Counted from the first letter of the stretch, positions 1-9,670 are shown. The stretch: DNA of 45,386 bases from Trichormus sp. ATA11-4-KO1 (GCA_019358915.1 JAHHIM010000035.1:1-45386), one strand, 5' to 3'. The notes: generated by a model from the sequence alone, not told the origin. Made by a program: numbers and translations.

Positions 1-37
1 GGTCACGGGTCAGATTGCTGGGGTAAGCTTTACTCAT
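1..37 (-). CDS. IS5-family transposase, N-terminal 12 codons (partial)
   Basis: ATG at 37-35 reads MSKAYPSNLTRD, the typical N-terminus of cyanobacterial IS5/IS1031 transposases. Confidence 0.75.
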   Translation of the reverse strand, partial: MSKAYPSNLTRD

Positions 38-124
38 GTCACTCTCTCGGTGCTGTTTACTATTCATTCACAGCTTATACTGAGAGAGCTTTTTTACAAC
101 CTTTCTGACTTTTCAAACACCCTC
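1..124 (-). mobile_element. Left end of IS5-family (IS1031-like) insertion sequence, truncated by window edge
   Basis: Minus-strand terminus GAGGGTGTTTGAAAAGT (108-124) flanked by TAA (125-127, read on minus); transposase start lies inside. Confidence 0.8.
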
Positions 125-140
125 TTAGGCATATTTTCAT

Positions 141-635
141 CTAAACCATCTCAAACGCTAACTGCTGACTCTGTAAAAAATCATGAGTGAAATGATCCAC
201 AGTATTTGTATCAGCAAGCTCTAAATTATAAAAATCTACAACTTCATGGTCAAAATATGGCCCAGCGTGCCAAGTTCCCTCATGCAATTTGATAAAACAA
301 TTTCCTGGTATGCGGAAAGCTGCAATCTCCTCTATTACTGGTTCATTCACATCATTATGAGGAGGACAAACCGCAATCAACCAATCTTTTCCCTCCAAGG
401 AACCCAAACATTGAGTACATTGCAAATGACGAGTAATTTTATGAAACTTCCGCCCGCGTTTTTCTAGCCTCATAATATAAAAGCGTGGAGTCCCATTTTG
501 TAAATTTAATTGAGCATCTTCCACATCAAAAGCCTTACCATCTGAACTTGCAAAAATTACCTGTCCATAACGGCGAAAAGTTTCTGGTGTGATCCATTCA
601 GATTGTAATTGTTGCACTGTTTGTGATGTACTCAT
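141..635 (-). CDS. Ureidoglycolate lyase/hydrolase-family (cupin) protein
   Basis: 164 aa; ITPETFRRYGQVI, TRH..CTQCL and GTWHAGPYF motifs. Confidence 0.8.
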   Translation of the reverse strand: MSTSQTVQQLQSEWITPETFRRYGQVIFASSDGKAFDVEDAQLNLQNGTPRFYIMRLEKRGRKFHKITRHLQCTQCLGSLEGKDWLIAVCPPHNDVNEPVIEEIAAFRIPGNCFIKLHEGTWHAGPYFDHEVVDFYNLELADTNTVDHFTHDFLQSQQLAFEMV

Positions 636-725
636 AAATCTGACTGCTTGTATTAATATCGAGATGGTTCTAGGATATTATCTTTTTCTGTCTACTCGCA
701 CCCGCATCTGCTATGAGGTTTAGCT

Positions 726-1721
726 ATGCCAGTTTATGTTTATTGGGGTGAGGATGATTTTGCTATGGAAAAAGCGGTTGCTGTGTTGCGCGATCGCGTC
801 CTTGATCCTCTCTGGACAAGTTTTAACTACACATCGCTACCTCCAGATCAACATGACGCTGCAATTGCGGGTTTAAATCAAGTGATGACACCAGCCTTTG
901 GCGCGGGTGGACGTTTGGTGTGGCTAGTGAACACCACTCTTTGCCAAAATTGTCCAGAAAATGTCTTAGCCGAACTAACACGCACCCTACCAGTCATTCC
1001 CGAAAACTCATTTTTATTACTCACCAGCCGCAACAAACCCGATGAACGCCTGAAATCCACAAAATTGCTGAAAAAATTAGCCAATGAGTTTCGGGAATTT
1101 CCCCTCATCCCACCCTGGAAGACAGAATTGCTGGTACAGTCCGTCAATCAAGTGGCTCAAACTGTGGGAGTGAAACTGACTCCCCAGACTGCGGAAATCA
1201 TCGCAGAAGCTGTAGGTAATGATACACGACTTCTTTACAATGAAATTGAGAAACTACGACTTTATTCTTCGGATAGCCGTAAGTCTTTAGACGTAGATAC
1301 AGTTACGCAATTAGTCAGAAATACTACCCAAAATAGCTTACAATTGGCCGCAGCCATTAGAATGGGAGATACAGCAAAAGCCTTAACTATTTTGGCTGGT
1401 CTCATCAATGCTGCCGAACCAGGATTGCGGATAGCGGCGACTTTAATTGGTCAATTTCGTACCTGGTTGCTGGTAAGGATGGCGATGGAAAGTGGTGAAC
1501 GCAATCCCCAAGCGATCGCTCAAGCTGCCGAGGTTAGCAACCCCAAGCGGATTTACTTTTTACAGCAAGAAGTCAAATCACTTTCTGTGCAGCAACTAAT
1601 CTCTTGTTTACCACTACTACTAAAGTTAGAAGTCAGTCTTAAGCAAGGATCTGAGGAAATATCTGTACTTCAGACAAAAGTAATAGAACTTTGTCAAGTC
1701 TGCCAAACTAACAGACATTAA
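726..1721 (+). CDS. holA: DNA polymerase III subunit delta
   Basis: 331 aa; MPVYVYWGEDDF, TPAFGAGGRLV and VGNDTRLLYNEIEKL motifs. Confidence 0.93.
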   Translation: MPVYVYWGEDDFAMEKAVAVLRDRVLDPLWTSFNYTSLPPDQHDAAIAGLNQVMTPAFGAGGRLVWLVNTTLCQNCPENVLAELTRTLPVIPENSFLLLTSRNKPDERLKSTKLLKKLANEFREFPLIPPWKTELLVQSVNQVAQTVGVKLTPQTAEIIAEAVGNDTRLLYNEIEKLRLYSSDSRKSLDVDTVTQLVRNTTQNSLQLAAAIRMGDTAKALTILAGLINAAEPGLRIAATLIGQFRTWLLVRMAMESGERNPQAIAQAAEVSNPKRIYFLQQEVKSLSVQQLISCLPLLLKLEVSLKQGSEEISVLQTKVIELCQVCQTNRH

Positions 1722-1823
1722 ATATAAAAATTTAATTGACAGATAATTCTCTGGAACTTCTCACTCCTAAAATAATTCAAAGCCATTAACATCTCCCTAC
1801 TATGGTTCTGTGTCACACACCTT

Positions 1824-2300
1824 ATGAAGCGAATTCCTCATTTGTTTGCCCGAACTAACCTAAAACATATACTTTCTCAGAGCTTATTTTTCGGCGTTTT
1901 TGCCACTGCTAGTTTGGTTACCAGCAGTTTTTCCTTCGGTTCCAAAGCTAATGCTCAAACGCCATCAGTTAACAATACTGATATTATTAGCTATGCCCAA
2001 GCAGTGTTAGCGATGGAGACACCACGTCAACAAGCCTTTGACGAAATTAAAAAACTAATTGGAGGTGGAGAAATACCCAAGATAGTTTGTAATGATCCTA
2101 ACAGTATGAACGGTCTACCCCGAAAGGCTCAAGATATCGCAGTAAATTACTGTAACCGCTCGCAAAAAATAGTCGAAGATAATGGTCTCAGTATTGATAA
2201 ATTTAATATTATTACTGTAGAACTCCAAAACAACAATAACTTAAAACGCCAAGTTTACAATACATTAATCCGCCTGCAAAAGGCTCCCGAATCTCGATAG
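1824..2300 (+). CDS. DUF4168-like secreted protein
   Basis: 158 aa; signal-peptide-like N-terminus ending ANA-Q; YAQAVLAME and IVEDNGLSIDKFN motifs. Confidence 0.75.
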   Translation: MKRIPHLFARTNLKHILSQSLFFGVFATASLVTSSFSFGSKANAQTPSVNNTDIISYAQAVLAMETPRQQAFDEIKKLIGGGEIPKIVCNDPNSMNGLPRKAQDIAVNYCNRSQKIVEDNGLSIDKFNIITVELQNNNNLKRQVYNTLIRLQKAPESR

Positions 2301-2378
2301 ACCCAAACATAAAAAACAATACCCCCGGATCAAGCCGAGGGTAAAGATTAGTTATTGATGATGAAAAACTAATAACTA

Positions 2379-4046
2379 TTAATCATTTTCACTTTCACTC
2401 ATTAAGTGTTTCACTTCGTCACGAGAGATTTTAATTTTCGTACCATCGAATTTATTCAATGTGAAAAAGTTATCTTCGTTATAGGTAAGTGACTGCTCTT
2501 GCAGAAGTCCAATTGCTATTTGTTCACCTAGTTTTACTGACTCAGTATAGTCAGTGCGCCAGTGAACACCAGCACCATCGCGACCTAGTGAAATGTTAGC
2601 CGCAACTTTGTTCAATTCACCACCTACAGTCAGTTTGCCGACATCATTACCAGTGTATGCAATTAGCTCAGTGCCTTCACTATTGGGAACCACTGGTTTA
2701 GGAATCACCCATGATTCATCGAACCAAGCTTTGAGAATTGTCACACAAGCACCAGCTACTGTAGCGTGTCCAGCGCCATAGGCAGGATGGGTGGGGGAAC
2801 CTTCAGGGAATGCCATTGGTAGTAGATAAGTACCATAACGGCTGTGGACTTTTTTCAGGGCACTGGAGCCAAAAATCTCCTCATCAATGGGATATTTTGC
2901 CCGTCCGGTGAGTTGGTTGTGAACTAGTCCACCAAATGCTTCTGGGCGTAGGCGGCGATGGACAAACCACTTTTGGAACCACACAGCTTTTAGTGCGCGG
3001 GTTGCTACTTCAGTTACCAAGCTGAGAACGTGGGGGCCACCGAAGGTGCCGAACCCGATTTGATTTTTAGAATTCTTATAAGGATTACCCTCATCTACTG
3101 GCGCTCCTAATCCTAACAGAATCAAACAAGCATTCAGGTAAGCTTCATAGAGAGCATCAACGTGGACATACTGACCAATGTCTCGAATGTTGCGGATATA
3201 GCGGCGTTGTGGATCAAATTTATCTTGACCTACTGAACCGCCATTTTGCACATTCAGCCACTCATCGTATTCAGTCATGTAATCAACATTTGCGACTACA
3301 GTTTCCTGTCTTTGAGAAATTGTTAGGGAACCGTAGGGAATATCCTTGAGCAAAAACTGGGAAATGTAAGGGCCAACTAAGTCACCAGCATAATTACCTC
3401 GGAAAAGGGTTTCTGGGGTAATCTTCCCTTCTACCTTGGGCCCGCGAAAATCAGAGAATTTGGACAAATCTTCAATTGCTTCTTTGACTAAGGCGTGATT
3501 GTTAAAGTCAGTGAAGTTAATATCCCGTAACAACGCCATCCAGTAAATCTCAGCCATTTCCCCTGAGTTTAGCGGTGAGTCAATGCGGGGTGCGGGAGGC
3601 ATGACGAGTGAACGACCGTCAGGGCCTTGTAGGTCAAAACCTAGTCCAGCTTGCGGATTGGTCAACTTGCGACCTTTACCCAGAGGAATAGCTTCAAAGT
3701 CCTGTGGTTTGCCACTTTTAAGAGCTTTGAGCAGAGCATTGTAAGCTTTGGCATCCACTTCGCCAAGTTCATTGTGTGGCAAACCTTTAGAGAAGTTGGC
3801 AATAAAGTTAGGAGACCCATCTGCACCCAGATAGTCCTGTTCTTCACCATTACAAACATGGTCTTCAATTCCTCGGTTAAAGGCAATTTGTGCTGCCTGA
3901 CGGCGGATTGTGCGAGATGATCTTTGTCGTTGTTTATTGTTTTCTGGGCCAAGTTCTTGACACTCTGGATGTGTGGGACGTGCTGGACGATCCGGACGTT
4001 CTGGGCGCTCTGGACGTTCTGGACGTGCTGGACGATCGCTCTTCAT
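2379..4046 (-). CDS. Vanadium-dependent haloperoxidase (bromoperoxidase-like)
   Basis: Vanadate-binding motifs KWFVHRRLRPE, HPAYGAGHA and SLGRDGAGVHWRTD; start placed at ATG 4046 (AAGGA upstream) rather than ORF-track 4214. Confidence 0.9.
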   Translation of the reverse strand: MKSDRPARPERPERPERPDRPARPTHPECQELGPENNKQRQRSSRTIRRQAAQIAFNRGIEDHVCNGEEQDYLGADGSPNFIANFSKGLPHNELGEVDAKAYNALLKALKSGKPQDFEAIPLGKGRKLTNPQAGLGFDLQGPDGRSLVMPPAPRIDSPLNSGEMAEIYWMALLRDINFTDFNNHALVKEAIEDLSKFSDFRGPKVEGKITPETLFRGNYAGDLVGPYISQFLLKDIPYGSLTISQRQETVVANVDYMTEYDEWLNVQNGGSVGQDKFDPQRRYIRNIRDIGQYVHVDALYEAYLNACLILLGLGAPVDEGNPYKNSKNQIGFGTFGGPHVLSLVTEVATRALKAVWFQKWFVHRRLRPEAFGGLVHNQLTGRAKYPIDEEIFGSSALKKVHSRYGTYLLPMAFPEGSPTHPAYGAGHATVAGACVTILKAWFDESWVIPKPVVPNSEGTELIAYTGNDVGKLTVGGELNKVAANISLGRDGAGVHWRTDYTESVKLGEQIAIGLLQEQSLTYNEDNFFTLNKFDGTKIKISRDEVKHLMSESEND

Positions 4047-4402
4047 GATGTAAAAATTCCTTGATAATTTTAATAGATTGAGAAAACCAAATGAGTAGCT
4101 AAAGTTTTTGTTAGCTATTCCTTCATCCTTCTTTTTCCTAAATCCTTCCTTCGGTTTCAAGTTTGAAAAGCCTGCGCTTCCCCAACCTGAATAACTTGTG
4201 TTGTTTGAACACATCCTTGTCTACTTACTACCGTCCCAACATTTCGGAAAAGTGGGGATATTTTCCCAAAATTCCTAAAAACCGCACCATAAAGGGCGGA
4301 CACCACGACTACATCAAAGATTAAGACACCTTAATATTCCGTTACAATAAGGACATTGAGAGGAAGCAAACCTCTCGCAACATGAATTCAAAGGTGTACG
4401 GC

Positions 4403-5527
4403 ATGAATGGCACAATTCGCGTTGGTAATCTCTTCGGGATTCCCTTCTATATCCATCCGTCGTGGTTTTTAGTTCTGGGCTTGGTAGCTTGGAGTTATAG
4501 CAGTGGACTAGCGGCGCAATTTCCCTGGTTATCGGGGGGATTAACTTTACTACTGGGATTGATGACAGCGTTGTTATTGTTTGCTTCTGTCGTCGCCCAT
4601 GAATTAGGACACAGCTTTGTGGCAATTCGCCAAGGAATTGATGTCAAGTCAATCACACTATTTATCTTTGGTGGCTTGGCAAGCTTAGAAAAAGAGTCAG
4701 AAACTCCATCTGAGGCATTTTGGGTAGCGATCGCCGGGCCTTTAGTGAGTTTACTGCTCTGTGGGATCTTTACAGTAATTGGTGTGACTACCGCAGCTTC
4801 AGGCGCAGCCGCAGCGATTCTTGGTGTCCTAGCTTCTGTTAACTTGGCATTAGCGTTATTTAATCTGATTCCTGGTTTGCCTTTGGATGGTGGTAATATC
4901 CTTAAGGCTGCTGTGTGGAAGATTACAGGTAATCCTTATAGAGGTGTAGCTTTTGCCAGTCGAGTTGGACAAATATTTGGTTGGGTGGCGATCGCCTCTG
5001 GTTTAATTCCCCTACTATTCTTTGGTAGCTTCGCCAACTTCTGGAACTTATTAATCGGTTTCTTCTTGTTACAAAATGCAGGTAACGCCGCGCAATTTGC
5101 CAGAGTACAGGAAAAATTCACAGGTTTGACCGCAGCCGATGCTGTAACCCTCAACAGCCCCATTGTATCTGCGAATCTCAGCCTGAGAGAGTTTGCCGAC
5201 CAACGAATTTTGCATAATCAAGACTGGCGGCGGTTCTTAGTTACCGATGACGATGGAAAATTAATTGGTGCGATCGCGATTGATGATTTGCGAACTATTC
5301 CCACAACCCTGTGGTCAGCAACTCAAGTCCGAGAAGTCATGAAACCCAATACACAATCCACTACAGTAAAATCTGATCAACCTCTGTTGGAAGTAGTGCA
5401 GCTACTTGAACAACAAAAGTTATCGGCATTACCTGTAATTCGAGAAAATGGTGTATTGGTGGGAATATTAGAAAAAACTGCGATTATCCAGCTATTACAA
5501 AATAGAACCCAACCCCATCCTGCATAA
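4403..5527 (+). CDS. Site-2 protease (M50 zinc metallopeptidase) with CBS domains
   Basis: HELGH and NLIPGLPLDGG motifs, TM helices, C-terminal CBS pair; AAGGTG RBS before ATG 4403. Confidence 0.92.
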   Translation: MNGTIRVGNLFGIPFYIHPSWFLVLGLVAWSYSSGLAAQFPWLSGGLTLLLGLMTALLLFASVVAHELGHSFVAIRQGIDVKSITLFIFGGLASLEKESETPSEAFWVAIAGPLVSLLLCGIFTVIGVTTAASGAAAAILGVLASVNLALALFNLIPGLPLDGGNILKAAVWKITGNPYRGVAFASRVGQIFGWVAIASGLIPLLFFGSFANFWNLLIGFFLLQNAGNAAQFARVQEKFTGLTAADAVTLNSPIVSANLSLREFADQRILHNQDWRRFLVTDDDGKLIGAIAIDDLRTIPTTLWSATQVREVMKPNTQSTTVKSDQPLLEVVQLLEQQKLSALPVIRENGVLVGILEKTAIIQLLQNRTQPHPA

Positions 5528-5556
5528 CTATTTTGTTGAAAGATATTCCTCCTCAG

Positions 5557-5583
5557 AACTCTCCCAGACTGGGGGAGTTTTTT
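5557..5583 (+). terminator. Rho-independent terminator after S2P gene
   Basis: AACTCTCCCAG/CTGGGGGAGTT stem followed by T-run. Confidence 0.65.
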
Positions 5584-5711
5584 ATGCTCAAAGATGTGCT
5601 GGAAATATGACAATTTAGCCAAAACTGCGATCGCTACACTGACTTACAGTAACACGCAATATTCATACCATTGTGATTAGATTGTCACATTCACTTGATA
5701 AACTAAAATTA

Positions 5712-5781
5712 AGCAAACAAATTGTTTGCTCCTCACATCATACCACTGCCCCATTACTGTTCAACAGCAATGGGGCTTTTT
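5712..5781 (+). ncRNA. Candidate Yfr1-like small RNA
   Basis: 5' hairpin AGCAAACAA/TTGTTTGCT, central CTCCTCACATCATACCACT, terminator GCCCCATT..AATGGGGC-TTTTT; TAAACT -10 box at 5699-5704. Confidence 0.55.
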
Positions 5782-6018
5782 CAGCTATTATCTAGCAATA
5801 CTTCCAGGATTCTCTAAACTATAAAAAGAGTATTTATCTATCTCTAGGAGGAATTAAAGTATAGGTGATTAATACTAAATAAATAGCTATTCCGATCACC
5901 TGACGAACTTTAACTATAAATCTCCTGTCTGCTATTTTTTTAGTAGTGGGAGATTTTTTCACTAAATAATCTACTCCAAGAGGGCAGAAAAAAGGATTGG
6001 GGAAGTCTTTTCCCCTAA

Positions 6019-6288
6019 GAGGATGTTTGTAAAGTCTAATTTACTACTAGCCCTGGCGACTAGAAGTCGCGGCTATACAAACTAAACCCGCACTTCGACA
6101 AGAGTTCGGCGAAGGCTACTTCGACAAGGCTCAGTACAAGTCACTCGAGCCGCTCAGTAACCACCTGCGCGGGTTAAAAACCTCACTTTTTCATTAGTCC
6201 ACGGAGGTGGACTTTGCTTGTGTAGTAGCGTACAGCCTGCGACATCGGAGGCTCTATTATATTCGCCCAAAACTTTTAAAACATCCTC
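6019..6288. mobile_element. 270-bp MITE with IS5-family termini
   Basis: TIRs GAGGATGTTTGTAAAGT / GAGGATGTTTTAAAAGT (15/17), TAA direct repeat at 6016-6018 and 6289-6291, no ORF. Confidence 0.85.
6094..6150. repeat. Short dispersed repeat, copy 1 (57 bp, identical to 26586-26642)
   Basis: TTCGACAAGAGTTCGGCGAAGGCTACTTCGACAAGGCTCAGTACAAGTCACTCGAGC at both loci. Confidence 0.9.
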
Positions 6289-6343
6289 TAATACCCAGTT
6301 CCTGGAAAAATTTCAATTTGGCTGATATCCCAGGTATTTTTCT

Positions 6344-6928
6344 CTAACTTTGTTCTTGGACAACTTGTCCTATTTGTCCTATCAGTTTCTCTTTATCTCG
6401 TCTGCGTTTTTTGGCGTAAAGCTGAATAGTAACTGCCATAAAAATAATCAAGGCAAAAATACCCCAGGCTGTAATATCTGTAGGGAGATTATTTTTGAAC
6501 ACAGCTAGCAGGACAATCACCACCAACATCACTGTAGGGGCTTCGTTTAAAGCACGCAACTGCTGACCGCTCCAGCGACATTCATCTGTCGCTAACTGTT
6601 TCATCAGACGACTACAATAATGATGATAAGCAAGTAAAAGGGCAACAAACAACAGTTTGATGTGCAACCAACCCTGTTTTAAAACTTCCGGTTCAGTACT
6701 TACTAAACCTATGGCCATTGCTACCGTCACCAACATCCCTGGAGTAGTGATGATATGATAGAGGCGCTTTTCCATAATTTGATACTGATTTTTTAGTATC
6801 GTCCGTGCTGGTTCTGGTTCTTGGTTAGCTTCAGCATGATAAATAAACAGACGTACTAAGTAAAATAACCCCGCAAACCAAACTACAATGCCAATAATAT
6901 GAAATGCTTTAAACCAGGAATAAGCCAT
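6344..6928 (-). CDS. hemJ: Protoporphyrinogen IX oxidase HemJ
   Basis: 194 aa; WFKAFHII..VWFAGLFYL.RLFIYH, MEKRL, WLHIKL and RALNEAPT motifs. Confidence 0.95.
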   Translation of the reverse strand: MAYSWFKAFHIIGIVVWFAGLFYLVRLFIYHAEANQEPEPARTILKNQYQIMEKRLYHIITTPGMLVTVAMAIGLVSTEPEVLKQGWLHIKLLFVALLLAYHHYCSRLMKQLATDECRWSGQQLRALNEAPTVMLVVIVLLAVFKNNLPTDITAWGIFALIIFMAVTIQLYAKKRRRDKEKLIGQIGQVVQEQS

Positions 6929-7150
6929 GAACTCAAATCTCCATCAGTGTGATTTTGATACCTTTTCAGTTGTAATAAAAAGTTTACTAATGCAGTCTTA
7001 CATAATATTATAAATCCGCGCCAAACCCATAATTTCTTAACCTTAACCTTACTTAAAGTTAGAGAAACACTCATCATTTTTCAGTGTTTCTCTGCGTTTA
7101 TCTGTTGTTTCTTTTTTAGAATATCGATTTTTGCCCGATTTATATGATCA

Positions 7151-7999
7151 TTAGTCATTTGTGCGTCGCACAAAGGGCAAAAGGTCTTCCAGAATCGTCT
7201 TGTGATAGTGTTCTTGAGGATAATGCCCGACGTTATTAAGTTTTATTAATTCGGTATTCGGTACAGAGTTCACAAACTTTTCTGCTATGTCTATTGGCAA
7301 CCAAGGGTCAATCATACCCCATTGAATAAGAATAGGCTGCTGCCATTGCTGAAAGCCAGATGCTATTTCTGTCATTGCTGAGTCGAGTTGCAAATTGCGG
7401 ATACTTGCTAGAAGACTTCGCCCTGTAGCCGAAGCTTTCAAAAATGGTTGGCGATAAACATCTAAATCTTGATCTTCAATGCGGTAACGACTACCACCTT
7501 CTAGAGTCCGATCAACTAAGAGGGGGTCTTGGGTAATCATTTCACCTGCCAAAGGTAAACCCATTTGTTTAATTTTCCAAGGTAATTTGGCAGTTGTGGA
7601 AATCGGTGTATTTAAGATAGCAATGTTAGCAATTTGTTCAGGGTGACGTAAGGCGTATTGTAAACCTACAGAACCTAAAAACCCTTGGACAACTAAAGAA
7701 AACCGTTCTAATTCTAACGCTTTGATAAATCCTGCTAAGGCGGTAATAAATGTATCTGGAGTGTAAGCAAAATCTCGTTTTTCTGGCTTGGCAGAAAAGC
7801 CATAACCAATCCAATCAGGTGCGATCGCTCTGGTTCCCTGCTGTGCTAAAGCAGGCATAATATTACGCCAACTGTAACTTTGTGAGACTAAACCGTGTAG
7901 TAATACTACAGGTAGCAAGTCACTTCTGCCAATTGGTGCAGATTCACGATAAAACCATTCTAGAGAATCTACTGTAATTTTATGTTCTGTTAAAGACAC
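7151..7999 (-). CDS. Alpha/beta hydrolase fold protein (haloalkane dehalogenase-like)
   Basis: 282 aa, GTG start; LLHG..SQSYSWR, APDWIGYGFS.KP, WGMIDPW and GHYPQE motifs. Confidence 0.85.
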   Translation of the reverse strand: MSLTEHKITVDSLEWFYRESAPIGRSDLLPVVLLHGLVSQSYSWRNIMPALAQQGTRAIAPDWIGYGFSAKPEKRDFAYTPDTFITALAGFIKALELERFSLVVQGFLGSVGLQYALRHPEQIANIAILNTPISTTAKLPWKIKQMGLPLAGEMITQDPLLVDRTLEGGSRYRIEDQDLDVYRQPFLKASATGRSLLASIRNLQLDSAMTEIASGFQQWQQPILIQWGMIDPWLPIDIAEKFVNSVPNTELIKLNNVGHYPQEHYHKTILEDLLPFVRRTND

Positions 8000-8054
8000 G
8001 CTATTTTCCTATGAATTTTTACTGCCAAAGCTCAAATTTATGAAAAGCTATTTT

Positions 8055-9143
8055 TTAGGGAAAATCATTAGAAGTAATCATCTCACGAATCGCGACAGCT
8101 GTTGCTGGTGCTAGTAAAACGCCATTGCGGTAGTGTCCGGTAGCTAAAAGGATATTACTAAACCTTGGTAGCTGCCCAATAACTGGTGCAGGGCGACCTT
8201 CAGGACGGGGACGTAAACCCGACCAAGTGCGGATAATCGTGGCTGTAGCTAAATCTGGGCAAAAGGCGATCGCTTGCTGCCAAACTTGATTTAATAATTC
8301 CTGATTTGGTGGGATTTCGTCGCCATTACTAGGAAACTCCACCGTTGCACCCACCCAATAATCACAGCCGCCTATAGGAACAATATGCACATCATTACCC
8401 GTAATCACTGGCTGAAAGTCTGGATTACCTAATGGTTGCCCTAAACGGACTTGTAAAGCTTGCCCTAATACTGGACGGATATCAACCTTCTGGTTTAACT
8501 GCGCCGTCAGTGGCGTGGAACCCAGTCCCGCAGATATGACAATCCTATCGGCGGTAATTTTGCCCTCTGTCGTTTCCACTACACTACAGTTGTTAGCCTG
8601 TTCAATCCCCAAAACAGTCACACCAAATTTAAACGTCACCTCATTGTGTTGGGCAGCCTCAACTAAAGCTAAAGTGAGGGCAGTGGGATCAAGTTGGCGG
8701 TCTTGGGGAGAATAGACAGCACCCGTAATTTTGGCATTAGCGATTTGAGGACAAAGATTTTGGAGTTTCGCCGTGTCCCAAATTTCTAATCTCCAGCCTT
8801 GAGATTGGCGGATTTCTACTAGGTTTTCCCACCCTGCAACATTTTCTGCTTCCCAAAAAAGACCAAGAATACCTTGGCTGTTAAACGGGATTTGACGCTT
8901 GGTCACAGCCTCTAATTCGGGAATTAAAGTTTCGTAGCGTTGAATGCTAGTTTCTCGCCTTTGCCAAGCCTGACCCTTAACTTTATGACTAATGATACCC
9001 ATTAAAACGCCCAGTGCTGCCCCTGTGGCAGCTTGGGCGGGCGGTTGACGGTCAATAACTGTAATTTTTAGCCCTGGAATTTGGCTAAGTTCATAAGCGA
9101 TCGCCGCCCCCACGACACCACAACCGATAATGACTATATGCAT
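8055..9143 (-). CDS. FAD-dependent oxidoreductase (glycine oxidase/DAO family)
   Basis: IIGCGVVG Rossmann motif, WSGLRP, ATGHYRNGVLLAP; start placed at MHIVIIG. Confidence 0.88.
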   Translation of the reverse strand: MHIVIIGCGVVGAAIAYELSQIPGLKITVIDRQPPAQAATGAALGVLMGIISHKVKGQAWQRRETSIQRYETLIPELEAVTKRQIPFNSQGILGLFWEAENVAGWENLVEIRQSQGWRLEIWDTAKLQNLCPQIANAKITGAVYSPQDRQLDPTALTLALVEAAQHNEVTFKFGVTVLGIEQANNCSVVETTEGKITADRIVISAGLGSTPLTAQLNQKVDIRPVLGQALQVRLGQPLGNPDFQPVITGNDVHIVPIGGCDYWVGATVEFPSNGDEIPPNQELLNQVWQQAIAFCPDLATATIIRTWSGLRPRPEGRPAPVIGQLPRFSNILLATGHYRNGVLLAPATAVAIREMITSNDFP

Positions 9144-9326
9144 TTTTTTTTGAGATTGGTCTTTATTGAACAATAAGGAAGAAGTTTGGAGTCAGGAGGC
9201 TTGTACTGAGCGTGGCCGAAGTGAAGAAGGATGAATAAGTATGGGGATTCCCACACCACCCAAAATAGGTGCTGCTGAACAAGAAGGAGGATCATTCTTC
9301 TTCACTGTGATTTCTGACTTCGTTGA

Positions 9327-9428
9327 CTATTGCGAGGGAATTTGGGGGACATCAGTATTTGTGGCTGGAAAAAATTCCTGCTTCTCAAACCCAATAGTAT
9401 TAGCTACCAGCGAGTTAGGAAAACTTTG
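9327..9428 (-). pseudogene. LemA-family C-terminal fragment
   Basis: Reads QSFPNSLVANTIGFEKQEFFPATNTDVPQIPSQ*, resembling the LemA tail; no LemA body upstream. Confidence 0.55.
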
Positions 9429-9670
9429 GCTTTTTGTTTCTGTTGTTAGCTCGTAATTTTTAGTACTTTCTTTCCCAGAATTAACCAACCATGAATATCG
9501 TAACGATTTATCCCTGTCATGGTTTTTAGTATCAGGTTCGGATCACTAAAACCGAACCTGAACACCAATTTACAAGAAAATAGGAATTTAGGTAATGTGG
9601 CAGAGTTAAAAGACTTGCACAAAGTTTTTTCTTCTGCTTATCTGCTATCGGTGCCCATTTTACCTTGTGC

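Noticed and set aside
1512..1519. Recurrent GCGATCGC palindrome (also 7821, 17238, 23055 and many more)
   Set aside because: This is HIP1, a well-known genome-wide cyanobacterial feature; useful for taxonomy only.
2379..7999. Halogenation/dehalogenation cluster (haloperoxidase plus dehalogenase-like hydrolase)
   Set aside because: The genes are separated by unrelated genes, and the hydrolase lacks the catalytic Asp.
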